A DNA stretch of 64,000 bases from an uncultured Clostridia bacterium (GTDB taxonomy: Bacteria > Bacillota > Clostridia > Oscillospirales > Ruminococcaceae). The notes below the pieces were generated by a model. The model was given only the letters and a program-made list of their open reading frames with translations. It was not told the DNA's origin and did no database searches. The position numbers were made by a program, and so were the translations under genes. The stretch is from the NCBI GenBank assembly GCA_947628615.1, contig CANRAO010000002.1:51156-115155 (forward strand), given 5' to 3'. Each line of letters opens with the position of its first letter. Position 1 is the first letter of the stretch. This document shows positions 1 to 8,838 of the stretch, piece after piece.

Positions 1-530
1 ACTCTTATTCCGCTTGGACCAACTTCCTTTGCAAGCGCCTTAGTAAAGCCAATTAGCCCCGCCTTTGATGCGGAATAAACGACCTCGCATGAAGCCCCTA
101 CCTCGCCCCACATTGAAGATATATTTATAATACTGCCGCTTTTATAATGAATCATACCGGGCAGAACAGCTTTACATACATTCATAGCTCCGATAAGATT
201 TACACCTATCATTCTGTCACGCTCTTTTGATGTCATATCTGTGAACAAACCGATTTGCGAAATTCCTGCATTGTTGACTGCTATGTCAATTTTTCCAAAA
301 TCAGATTCAATTTTATGTACCATTGTTGATACTTCATTATCGTTTGAAACGTCTGCTTTGTAAATATTTACATTTTGATTGAATCTTCTTATCTCTTCAA
401 GAAGCTCTTTAGCTTTTTTATCAGAGAAATTATAATTAATTGCAGCACTTATACCTGTTTTGGCAAGTTCTATTGCTATGCTTCGACCTATTCCCCTTGA
501 CGCACCAGTTATTAATGCAACCCTGCTCAC
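1..530 (-). CDS. Short-chain dehydrogenase/reductase (FabG-like 3-oxoacyl-ACP reductase family); C-terminus lies outside the window
   Basis: Own translation of the minus strand from GTG at 528-530: VSRVALITGASRGIGRSIAIELAK..VNNAGI..YSASKAGLIGFTKALAKE. It has the TGxxxGIG, NNAG and YxxxK SDR motifs, with AGGAG ~10 nt upstream. It is absent from the ORF track because it runs off the window edge. Confidence 0.85.
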   Translation of the reverse strand, partial: MSRVALITGASRGIGRSIAIELAKTGISAAINYNFSDKKAKELLEEIRRFNQNVNIYKADVSNDNEVSTMVHKIESDFGKIDIAVNNAGISQIGLFTDMTSKERDRMIGVNLIGAMNVCKAVLPGMIHYKSGSIINISSMWGEVGASCEVVYSASKAGLIGFTKALAKEVGPSGIR

Positions 531-677
531 AGACTTCACACTCCTAATAATTTGTCTAAGTTAAATTATATCATAAAACTAAGCCAATGTGAAGTCTGCA
601 AGAGGTTGAAAAAACACTTTTCTGATTTATATTTAATCCCCATGAAGATTTGTAAAATCTGATTAGAGGCTTCAATA

Positions 678-878
678 CTATTTATGATTCTGGTCAACGA
701 AGTTTTTTGAAAGAATTATATTATCCTCGCTTTTGTTGTAAACATTCCCCTGTTCATCTGTATAATTGTCTGTAACAACATAAGTTTCATAAGTTGGGTT
801 CAATACTTTCGGACGATATATCTTTGTTCCGTCAACTGACTTTATCATCATAGTGTCTTTTTTCAAACTATCAAACAT
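678..878 (-). CDS. Hypothetical small protein (66 aa)
   Basis: ORF-track entry with an AAGGA-like RBS ~10 nt upstream of the ATG. I recognise no motif. Confidence 0.4.
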   Translation of the reverse strand: MFDSLKKDTMMIKSVDGTKIYRPKVLNPTYETYVVTDNYTDEQGNVYNKSEDNIILSKNFVDQNHK

Positions 879-1060
879 ATTATCAAATCCTTTCTTTATA
901 ATATTATCTGCAATTGTACATTTGATATGTTATAAATATTTTTGAAATTATATTGTTTTTAACTTCAAAAGAATGTATAATATTCTTATACTTTTAAATA
1001 TTTCAAAATTATAAAGAAAAATATGCAAATCAGCCTGCATATTAAAAGGACGGTTATCTT

Positions 1061-1648
1061 ATGAAAAAAGAACAAAATAAAATAGTATTGAAGGGACTTT
1101 TAAGGTTTTTACTTGCAACTTTTTTCTGTCTGGTTTTAATGATTTTTTGGGTAGTCTTTCACGATAAGGCGAGAATTTTGAACGATATTGTTTTCGGTCT
1201 TTGCTTTATACTAATTCTTGGAATGATTTTCGGTGATTACGGTATAAAAGTAAGCGAAAAAATGAAAAATCAGGTTAAATTTCACGGCGGTGAAGACTGT
1301 AAAAAACTTGGAGCGAAAATAGGATTTGTTGGTTCGATTCCAAGCTATATAGGAGTTATAGCCCTGTTTTTAGCTAAGATTCAAGTTATTAAAGCACCGC
1401 TTTGGCTGTACGCTGTTTTTAATGTATATTTTTACCCTATATTTGATATGTTTTTAACAAATGCAGAATATCAAACTGTAAACGACCATAATGTACTTGT
1501 TTTATCATCTGTTCCTATTTATTCATTTATTTTTCTTATAATTTTACCGCTTGTGATGCCTATTGCCTGTCAAATAGGCTACAGTATAGGATATAATGAC
1601 ATAGACGTAAAAGCAAAGCTGTTTTATAAAAGTAAAAAAAATATATAA
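1061..1648 (+). CDS. Hypothetical multi-pass membrane protein (195 aa)
   Basis: ORF track shows several long hydrophobic segments (LLATFFCLVLMIFWVVF, IVFGLCFILILGMIF, IYSFIFLIILPLVMPIA). An AAGGA RBS and a TTGTTT-17-TATAAT promoter lie upstream. Confidence 0.7.
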   Translation: MKKEQNKIVLKGLLRFLLATFFCLVLMIFWVVFHDKARILNDIVFGLCFILILGMIFGDYGIKVSEKMKNQVKFHGGEDCKKLGAKIGFVGSIPSYIGVIALFLAKIQVIKAPLWLYAVFNVYFYPIFDMFLTNAEYQTVNDHNVLVLSSVPIYSFIFLIILPLVMPIACQIGYSIGYNDIDVKAKLFYKSKKNI

Positions 1649-1727
1649 CTTTGTTTTATTACTCATAATTACAAGCTCTTTTTCATAAAATGTATTAATT
1701 TCATTTTACGAAAAGGAGCGATTTATT

Positions 1728-2486
1728 TTGGTTAAAAGCTCAAGAAAAATATATGCTGCCTTAGGTGTTATTTTCTCGTACATCGTAATTTACAGCTTCC
1801 TGCATGGTATCAGCACAGATATTCCCAATAACTACAATGCCCATGAAAACGCAATCGCAACTTCTTCCTCATCAGACGATTCAAAGCCCATTATCATTTT
1901 AGACGCAGGTCACGGCGGAGTTGACGGAGGCTGTTCTGCTTATAACGGTGCTTTGGAAAAAGAAATAAACCTCAGTATTGAACTTTCTCTCAAGTCTATT
2001 CTTGAAACATTCGGTTACTCTGTAGAAGTTACCCGCTCGACCGATACTTCTATTTTTGACCCTGGTATAGTGGGTATTTCAAAACAGAAAAAGTCAGATA
2101 TGAGCAACCGCCTTGCTCTATTTAACAAATACGAAAACGCCGTTGCAATATCTATTCATCAAAATCAGTTCACCGACCCCCAATACAGCGGTGCTCAGAT
2201 GTTCTATACCGAGACAAATCCGCTTAGTCAACCGCTTGCTCAGACACTTCAGAACACCTTTAGAAACAAGCTTCAAAAGAATAATGACAGAGAAATAAAA
2301 AATGCAGGAAAAGATCTATATCTGCTCTATTATTCCAAATGCCCGTCTGTTATGGTCGAATGCGGTTTTCTATCCAATAAGCAGGAAGCCGATCTGCTTC
2401 TCTCTAAGGGTTATCAAAAGCAGGTTGCACTAACAATTTTCTGCGGTCTGAATGATTTTATTAGAACTAATTATAAAAGCATATAA
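1728..2486 (+). CDS. cwlD: N-acetylmuramoyl-L-alanine amidase, CwlD-like (germination-specific, Amidase_3)
   Basis: TTG start with GGAG 9 nt upstream. N-terminal TM segment, then ILDAGHGGVDGG .. SIHQN .. ECGFLSN, which are typical Amidase_3/CwlD motifs. The ~250 aa size fits CwlD. Confidence 0.8.
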   Translation: MVKSSRKIYAALGVIFSYIVIYSFLHGISTDIPNNYNAHENAIATSSSSDDSKPIIILDAGHGGVDGGCSAYNGALEKEINLSIELSLKSILETFGYSVEVTRSTDTSIFDPGIVGISKQKKSDMSNRLALFNKYENAVAISIHQNQFTDPQYSGAQMFYTETNPLSQPLAQTLQNTFRNKLQKNNDREIKNAGKDLYLLYYSKCPSVMVECGFLSNKQEADLLLSKGYQKQVALTIFCGLNDFIRTNYKSI

Positions 2487-2528
2487 GCTATGCTGAAAGA
2501 TTCAAATAATCAAGCAAAGATACAAAAA

Positions 2529-2561
2529 GCGTTCAGAAAATTCTGAACGCTTTTGTTTTTT
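2529..2561. terminator. Bidirectional intrinsic terminator shared by convergent cwlD and the CotH-like gene
   Basis: gcgttcag-aaaatt-ctgaacgc hairpin flanked by an A-run upstream and a T-run downstream. Confidence 0.8.
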
Positions 2562-2647
2562 ACTTAGTCTTTTTCTTAACTACCATGCTCCACTTACCGT
2601 AATAAGTCCTTTCGTTAATGAGAAACAACACTATGAATTATTGCCGG

Positions 2648-5600
2648 TCATTTAACCTTAACTTTCTTTGCTTTCTTAATCCAACTGCTGTAAGCCTTCC
2701 TCGACTTTCCTTTTGAATCTTTATAAGTAGCATATGCTCTTACCCTTACAAAGTAGGTCTTTTTACTCTTAATTTTGCTTCCCTTTATTGTTATTTTTTT
2801 CTTTTTTGTATACTTATCATATAATGGTTTCTTAAACTTATTCTTTTTGGAAACCTGTATATTATATCCTTTAGCTTTACTAACCTTTTTCCAGCTTACA
2901 ATTATCTTTTTCTTTGTCTTGCTCTTTACTTTAAGCTGTGTTATCTTTGCCTGCCTCATTGCATTTTCTGCCTTGAGTTGTGAAGCAGTTTTTGTTACTT
3001 TTACAATTGAAGATGCTTTTGGTTTATCCGTAATCCTTGCAGTTGTAGGCACTGTTGATGTCTGTGCAGGTGTATTGTCCGATTTTGATGAATCTGATGA
3101 TGATTCTGACGATTTTGACGGCTCTGTCGGATTAGTCGGTATATATGTACCCAGATCATCAATAGCGGCCTTCAGCTTATCTATAACCGCTGTCCTCTGA
3201 TTATCATCTGCTGAAGCGTTATTGTAGACGTCTACAAGATCTTTGTATGCCGTTTCAAACTGCTCCCACTGACTACTGCTGTAATTAGCATTTTTCTTGA
3301 TTGATGCAGCATCAAACAGAAGTTCCTTAACTTCTCCGCTTTTATTCAAAACCATATTGCTATATGCTGTTGCAAATTCATCATATACGGCTTTTTTGCG
3401 GTCATAATTAGTCTTTGAATTATAAAGTGCAGACTTCAGTGTACTCAGCTTGGATTTCATTTCAGAATACCCGCTGACGCAATCACTTGAATCTAATGCT
3501 TCACATTTTATAATCGCCTGATTAAATTTTACCATATCCAAAGCATAAACATCTCTTGCAACATAGGTATAGCCCTTGTTATCTCCTCCATTAAAAAATA
3601 CTTTAATCCATTTTTCGCAATCATTGGCACTCCCAATATTTGCACCTGTTGGGAATCTAAGAAAATACTTATCTAAGTTAGGATAATACAAATTGTGAAG
3701 CTCTGCCATTATGTTCATAACACGACTAGGCTCGTAGCTGGTCTTAGCAAGGTCTTCAATATTATCGAAAACCTTTTGTGCAAAATCAGGATTCTGCATC
3801 AATTTGTAAACTAATGTCTGAATAGGATCATTGTTTCCTCTTCCGCCATTATAGATCTGATAAAGCTTGTCATTTTCAGGGCTTTCACCATCATTTCCCC
3901 AGAGGAATGCTCCCATCTCTACATCATAGAACATAAATCTCCATTTGCCGTCGCTGTACTTTCCTCCGGTCTCTGTATCAACTGTTCTTGTTCTCCAAAC
4001 TTCCCAGTTTTTACCCGACCAGTCTTCGTTTGAGATATATGTTTCCACTGCAACGTAATCGGCAAAGCTGTCTAAATCTATCATCTTAGAAATTTCTTCA
4101 TAATCCGCCTTCTTTGAAAAATCCTTTGAAGAATCCTTAAAATAGCTTACAAAATCATTCCAAAGAGTTACGTCCTCGTCCGTACCTTCCTCTATCTTGG
4201 GGGCATTATTGTTTTCAGTATCAGGCTTGATCATTACAACATTATCTTTATCAACGCCGAAATGACTTTGTGCATAGTCGTCGTTATAATCTTCCTGCAT
4301 AGTATAAATTCCCCAGTATTCGCCGTTTATAAATGCAATACAAGGAACGCTTGCCTGAGTTGAAAAATTCCTGTCAAGCACGCAGGTTTGCAAAAGTGAG
4401 TCTTTATACTTTACATAGTTAGCGTCATTACCGCCGTTTCTGAGTGTGATTTTCTTAAACGATGTAATAGAATTACCTTCTGTATCCTTTGCTTTGCCGT
4501 CAAAGAAATCATATTTAAAGCTCTTTTCACCGTAATCGCTTCTTGCATAAAGCCTGAGGCTCTTTTGATATTCTCCTCTTGAATATCCTCCCTGAATTCT
4601 TATACCGCATTCTTGTGAAAACACAGCTTCATTATTCTTTATGTAATCAATATGCACAGGTCTTTCCCATTCTTTACCCTTGTTAGTGCAGTTTTTCTGA
4701 AGATATATTCCGTTCTGATCGCCAAATAAATTATCTGCATCGGTAACAATAGACATTATCGGAACACCCGAATATGTTTCATTTGTCTTTCCGACAAAAT
4801 ATGATTTTGTAACAACATTACTTGAATCTCCGTTTTTAATAGCAACAGCTCTGATAACCGTAGCCTTATCGACCTTGACCGTAGGCGCATCACTTCTATC
4901 CCAGCCCCTATGGTCTCCGTCAGTTAATTTTTCCTTGCTTATTGCAGAAAGAACATTATCTTCACTGGTTCTGTCAACAACATTAATCTTTCCTTCATAC
5001 TTATTTGACTTGTCAGTAGGAGTGCTTCCGTCAGTGGTATAATATATTTCTGTACCCTCCTCTGCAGTGATCTCAAGATCAAAACTGCTTTCAAACGCAC
5101 CGCTCTCTCTTGAAAATTTCGGAGACTGTATAACCGACTTAGCATTATTATTGCTTTCACCCGGCGTTGGGAATACCACCTTGCAGTTCTCATCACCGTC
5201 AGGGATCCTTGCATAAGTAGTATCATCAACAAGAGAAGGCACAGTCAACTTATTTACACTTTCAGATGTACTTGAAAGCAAATCCAAATCCAAACCATCA
5301 CTCGAAATATTCATAGCAACATACGGCTTGGAGTCAACCATAGTCGCATCCAAATGACTATTGCAGTACAACACAAGGTAACCATTTGCCGGCACTACTG
5401 CAGTACCGTTAATGGTTTCTGTTTTATCCTTTGCATCCAAATCAATCTTTTTAACCTGATAACCGGATATATCTATTGCAGAACCGGTTGGATTATAAAG
5501 CTCGATCCAGTCGCAAAGCTCAGTTTTAGTTTCACCGTCTTTTTCATAAACTGCTTTGACATCTGTTAGATTTCCGTTTTCACCGCTGTTTCCAAGACAA

Positions 5601-5719
5601 ACCTCATTAATAACAATGCTTTCAGCCGCCGTACCAATTACAAATGCAGACATACTGATAGCTGTACAAGTTATTGCTGCAGCCGTTGCAAAGCTAGTTA
5701 TTTTCTTTAAAACACCCAT
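2648..5719 (-). CDS. Secreted CotH kinase-like protein: signal peptide, lamin-tail domain, CHB_HEX_C-like domain, CotH core, helical region, S-rich linker, Lys-rich FN3-like C-terminal module
   Basis: AGGAGG RBS and signal peptide MGVLKKITSFATAAAITCTAISMSAFV. LTD-like INEVC..WIELYNPTGSAIDISGYQV; FESSFDLEITAEEGTEIYYTTDGSTPT. The CotH-family core is long (LRLYARSDYG.., INGEYWGIYTMQE). The tail ends KGYNIQVS..YFVRVRAYATYKD..KVKVK. Confidence 0.85.
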   Translation of the reverse strand: MGVLKKITSFATAAAITCTAISMSAFVIGTAAESIVINEVCLGNSGENGNLTDVKAVYEKDGETKTELCDWIELYNPTGSAIDISGYQVKKIDLDAKDKTETINGTAVVPANGYLVLYCNSHLDATMVDSKPYVAMNISSDGLDLDLLSSTSESVNKLTVPSLVDDTTYARIPDGDENCKVVFPTPGESNNNAKSVIQSPKFSRESGAFESSFDLEITAEEGTEIYYTTDGSTPTDKSNKYEGKINVVDRTSEDNVLSAISKEKLTDGDHRGWDRSDAPTVKVDKATVIRAVAIKNGDSSNVVTKSYFVGKTNETYSGVPIMSIVTDADNLFGDQNGIYLQKNCTNKGKEWERPVHIDYIKNNEAVFSQECGIRIQGGYSRGEYQKSLRLYARSDYGEKSFKYDFFDGKAKDTEGNSITSFKKITLRNGGNDANYVKYKDSLLQTCVLDRNFSTQASVPCIAFINGEYWGIYTMQEDYNDDYAQSHFGVDKDNVVMIKPDTENNNAPKIEEGTDEDVTLWNDFVSYFKDSSKDFSKKADYEEISKMIDLDSFADYVAVETYISNEDWSGKNWEVWRTRTVDTETGGKYSDGKWRFMFYDVEMGAFLWGNDGESPENDKLYQIYNGGRGNNDPIQTLVYKLMQNPDFAQKVFDNIEDLAKTSYEPSRVMNIMAELHNLYYPNLDKYFLRFPTGANIGSANDCEKWIKVFFNGGDNKGYTYVARDVYALDMVKFNQAIIKCEALDSSDCVSGYSEMKSKLSTLKSALYNSKTNYDRKKAVYDEFATAYSNMVLNKSGEVKELLFDAASIKKNANYSSSQWEQFETAYKDLVDVYNNASADDNQRTAVIDKLKAAIDDLGTYIPTNPTEPSKSSESSSDSSKSDNTPAQTSTVPTTARITDKPKASSIVKVTKTASQLKAENAMRQAKITQLKVKSKTKKKIIVSWKKVSKAKGYNIQVSKKNKFKKPLYDKYTKKKKITIKGSKIKSKKTYFVRVRAYATYKDSKGKSRKAYSSWIKKAKKVKVK

Positions 5720-5924
5720 ATTTTCCTCCTAATATTCTAATAGTGATAATTCATAACCGGTCAATATTTTCCATAATAATTTTAATACTTGTATTATCAA
5801 CAAAAAAATAAATCAATATATAAAAACTATTATTTAAAATCTATAATCCGCTATCCTTATGATAAATAATAAAAAGTAATTTGTCAACACTTATTTTTAA
5901 TATTTTTTACAAATTCTATAATAC

Positions 5925-5961
5925 AAAATCCCGGCAAACTTTGATGGCTTGTCGGGATTTT
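5925..5961 (-). terminator. Intrinsic terminator downstream of adhesin paralogue A
   Basis: 13-bp stem aaaatcccggcaa/ttgtcgggatttt (one G-U pair) with T-runs on both strands. Confidence 0.7.
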
Positions 5962-6088
5962 GGCTATTCAATAAATAGCGTAATATAATATTAAATTTTA
6001 ATAATCACAACTTTGACAGTCCCAACTGCTGTCTCAGCTATGAAAGCTGAGACACAGCTATTGGTTCTGTCTAGTTTGGACAACTATA

Positions 6089-8225
6089 CCCACTGGGCAT
6101 ATATTTAGGAATATTTAGAAGGCTTTTATCTGCCGCCTTAGAAAACATCTTGCTTTCCAAAGGCAGAGTGTGTAGCTCTCTCTGCTACTTTACTTTTACT
6201 TTTCTGAGCTTCTTGTTCCATTTACTATATACTTTTTGAGCCTTTCCATTTATATCTTTGTACGTTGTGTACGCGCTCACCCTGACATAGTATTTCTTTC
6301 CGCTCTTGATCTTCTTAGTGATCTTTAAAGTCTTCTTTTTTGTGTGCTTGTCGAAGATGATCTTGCTCTTCTTGAATTTCTTGTTCGTTGATACCTGGAC
6401 TCTGTAGCCCTTGGCTTTCTTGACCTTCTTCCAAGATACTGTGATCGTCTTCTTTGCTTTGCTCTTTACTTTGAGCTTTTTAATCTTTGCCTGCCTCATT
6501 TGACTCTTAGCTTTTGCTTTTGCTGCTTTTACTGCATCTGCTTTGCTGGTTGTCTTTACAATAACATTATTATTTACCGGCGGCTTATTAACGTTAGTGC
6601 CGACATTATTGTTGTTATTGTTTACGCTAGGCTTTTCACTTGGACTCGTAGGTTTTTCCTTAAGTCCACTGATTGCTTCCTCTATGGCTGCTTTCGCTGC
6701 CTTGAGGTCTCTAACTGTTAAGTTAGAATTTTGTTTTGCTATTAATCCTTTTGCTTCATTAATGGTTTCTGATAGTTTTGCATAACTATCTTCTGTGTAT
6801 TTACTACTATCAATTGCTTCTGCTTCTTCTACTGCTTTACTTAATTCATCTTTAGCTGCTTGTATTGCATCTGTGTCTTTCTTAAGACCATTTACAGCGC
6901 TAGTGAGATTATCTGATGCTTCCTCTAAATCTGATACTTTTGAATCTACTGTAACACTCTTAGCTGCTTCTATTGCATCTGTCAATGCTTGATAGCTATC
7001 TGCTGTGTAGCTTTCTGAATCCAATGCCTCTGCGCTTTCTATTAACTTCTGCAAATCGCTCAGCATTTTTTCTTTATCTACCTCTTCAAGACGGTCAATA
7101 AATGTATTCAAATTACTTGCTGCATTAGTTATCGTTCCTCTGTCAGTTACACTTTCCAGATCATCAAGAATCGCCTTTGCAGCGTCATATGCAGCCTGCA
7201 ATGCTTCTATCTGACTTGCTGTATACTTATACTCCGGACCGTCATCAAGAATTGCTTTTGCTTTATCCACTGCTTCCTGAAGTGCAGGAACATAAGCACT
7301 GAAATCTGTTATTGGTACAAGCTTGTCATATGCTGCTTTTATCTGCTCCTTGAAGCTGTTCAACTGTTCTGACGATACTGCTCCGGTAAGTACAAAGGAA
7401 GTTGTGTATTTTTCTGCCAATTCCTTCTGCAGTTCTTCAAAACCTGAAGATGTCCATGAATCTTCTGTATAGTCTGCTTTGTTAGTATTAATATATGTAT
7501 TCATTTCAGCTATGAAAGCGTTTCTTTCCTCCGGAGAAGCTAAATCTGCAGTTAATACAAGTGCTTTTATACCTTCATCAAGCTTTGTTATTGCATCTGT
7601 TATATCTGTAATCTTTGCTGCCGGATCAGCATATACCTTCTTTGCATAATCATACAATGACATATCTGCTGTCTCATCTCCGTCAGTATCGATCACCTTA
7701 TCAGTGAATACAGATGCTGCATTCCGATGATAATCACCTTGATGAGTTTTTACCTCATCAGCCTGATCTATTACTGCCTTCAAACCGGTCTTCAGTGCTT
7801 CGTTAGGATCCTTTACCTGTACCTCTTTTACTGCAGTTGAACCCTTATATTCATCCGTACCATCTAAACTTGCTTTGATCCAATAGTGTCCTACAGCAAG
7901 GTCGTCAGAATTGTACTTATATGACGGACTGTCAGTACATTCTGCATTACCGTGAATCTCAAGTTTAACCTTATCCTTCAATTCAGCATTTTCAACATTG
8001 TCTAACTTTACAGTAACGCTTGGCTTAAATCCGCCCTTTGTTCCGTAGTTGATGTCAGCACAGTTGATTTCTATGCTGCTGGTTTTACGTTCGTCTGTCA
8101 AATCCTCTACGATCATGCTTTCAGGAACAGGTGCTGAGCCGCCTTTAGTTCCATCAACTATCTGTTGTTTAACACCTGAGTCTTTAACAACATGGATTTT
8201 GGCATCTGGAATATCTTTGAATGTC
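6089..8225. repeat. Direct repeat copy 1 (~2.1 kb), paired with 12159-14300
   Basis: 6185-7759 reads identical to 12259-13833 (first mismatches at 7760 and 7772). Identity is ~90% up to ~8225. The repeat includes ~96 nt of shared 3' UTR. Confidence 0.9.
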
Positions 8226-8695
8226 GTAAATGCTCTAGGTGCAAATCGACCATCAAATACCACACTTGATGCATATATATATATATCTTTTAATGTAGTT
8301 GAACAAGACTCAAAGGTACGATGTTTAATAGTGAGTATATCTTTACAAGTATATTCAACTTTTTCCAAAGAGTTCAAACCGCTAAAAGCTGACACCGCCA
8401 CAGAAAGAGTTGGTGAAGCAGTTTTAACTGTTCTTATAGTGTTTCCAGCGTTGTTTGTACCTAAAGTATTCAATGCAACTGGCAATATACCATTTAAACC
8501 ATCATTAAAATCTTCAGGTATCACTAAATCACTAACACCTGTTAAATCAACTTCACTTTTAAATGATGCTTCGTATACGCTCCCAATTTTTGTATACTGA
8601 AAATAAATGTCAGTATTTATAGCATTACCAGTTATTGTTATACACGATGTTACTAAAATTAATGATAAAACTAAAGATAAAACTTTTTTTAACAC
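6185..8695 (-). CDS. Surface protein paralogue A: probable lipoprotein signal, short BspA-type LRR head, Ig-like region, FIVAR-like helical repeats, N/P/S linker, Lys-rich FN3-like C-terminal module
   Basis: The ORF track runs to 8782, but AGGAG lies 10 nt before the in-frame GTG at 8695, giving (M)LKKVLSLVLSLILVTSC, a lipobox-like sequence. FIVAR-like YTADSYQALTDAIEAAKSV and YTEDSYAKLSETINEAKGL. The tail ends GYRVQVS..YYVRVSAYTTYKD..KVKVK. Confidence 0.85.
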   Translation of the reverse strand: MLKKVLSLVLSLILVTSCITITGNAINTDIYFQYTKIGSVYEASFKSEVDLTGVSDLVIPEDFNDGLNGILPVALNTLGTNNAGNTIRTVKTASPTLSVAVSAFSGLNSLEKVEYTCKDILTIKHRTFESCSTTLKDIYIYASSVVFDGRFAPRAFTTFKDIPDAKIHVVKDSGVKQQIVDGTKGGSAPVPESMIVEDLTDERKTSSIEINCADINYGTKGGFKPSVTVKLDNVENAELKDKVKLEIHGNAECTDSPSYKYNSDDLAVGHYWIKASLDGTDEYKGSTAVKEVQVKDPNEALKTGLKAVIDQADEVKTHQGDYHRNAASVFTDKVIDTDGDETADMSLYDYAKKVYADPAAKITDITDAITKLDEGIKALVLTADLASPEERNAFIAEMNTYINTNKADYTEDSWTSSGFEELQKELAEKYTTSFVLTGAVSSEQLNSFKEQIKAAYDKLVPITDFSAYVPALQEAVDKAKAILDDGPEYKYTASQIEALQAAYDAAKAILDDLESVTDRGTITNAASNLNTFIDRLEEVDKEKMLSDLQKLIESAEALDSESYTADSYQALTDAIEAAKSVTVDSKVSDLEEASDNLTSAVNGLKKDTDAIQAAKDELSKAVEEAEAIDSSKYTEDSYAKLSETINEAKGLIAKQNSNLTVRDLKAAKAAIEEAISGLKEKPTSPSEKPSVNNNNNNVGTNVNKPPVNNNVIVKTTSKADAVKAAKAKAKSQMRQAKIKKLKVKSKAKKTITVSWKKVKKAKGYRVQVSTNKKFKKSKIIFDKHTKKKTLKITKKIKSGKKYYVRVSAYTTYKDINGKAQKVYSKWNKKLRKVKVK

Positions 8696-8797
8696 TACTA
8701 AACAACTCCTTAGAAAATTAATATATCTCATATATATGATTATTTCTGTGACATTATGATAAATACCACAGAAAATAATCATATTTATAAAAGAAAT

Positions 8798-8829
8798 ATA
8801 TTAGGCATATTAATTAATATGCCTAATAT
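8798..8829 (-). terminator. AT-rich perfect palindrome, probable terminator of the GH5 gene
   Basis: atattaggcatattaa/ttaatatgcctaatat forms a 16-bp stem, followed on the minus strand by atttctttt. Confidence 0.55.
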
Positions 8830-8838
8830 TATTAATTT

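Noticed and set aside
6031-6058. Perfect 10-bp hairpin tgtctcagct-atgaa-agctgagaca in the copy-A-specific 3' flank.
   Set aside because: It has no adjacent T-run, no second copy in the window and no recognisable RNA-family features. It is probably a fortuitous or mRNA-stabilising hairpin within the 3' UTR.
7760-8225. Possible diversity-generating retroelement (template/variable repeat pair) between the two adhesin paralogues.
   Set aside because: The mismatches I could read are a mix of transitions and transversions at all four bases, not adenine-specific. No reverse transcriptase gene lies nearby. Ordinary paralogue divergence plus gene conversion explains the pattern.
8049-8600. 183-aa + strand ORF, plus similar + strand ORFs at 2775-3200, 6500-6992, 12574-13066 and 14120-14383.
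   Set aside because: All lie antisense inside the large surface-protein genes. They are products of low-complexity, stop-poor sequence.
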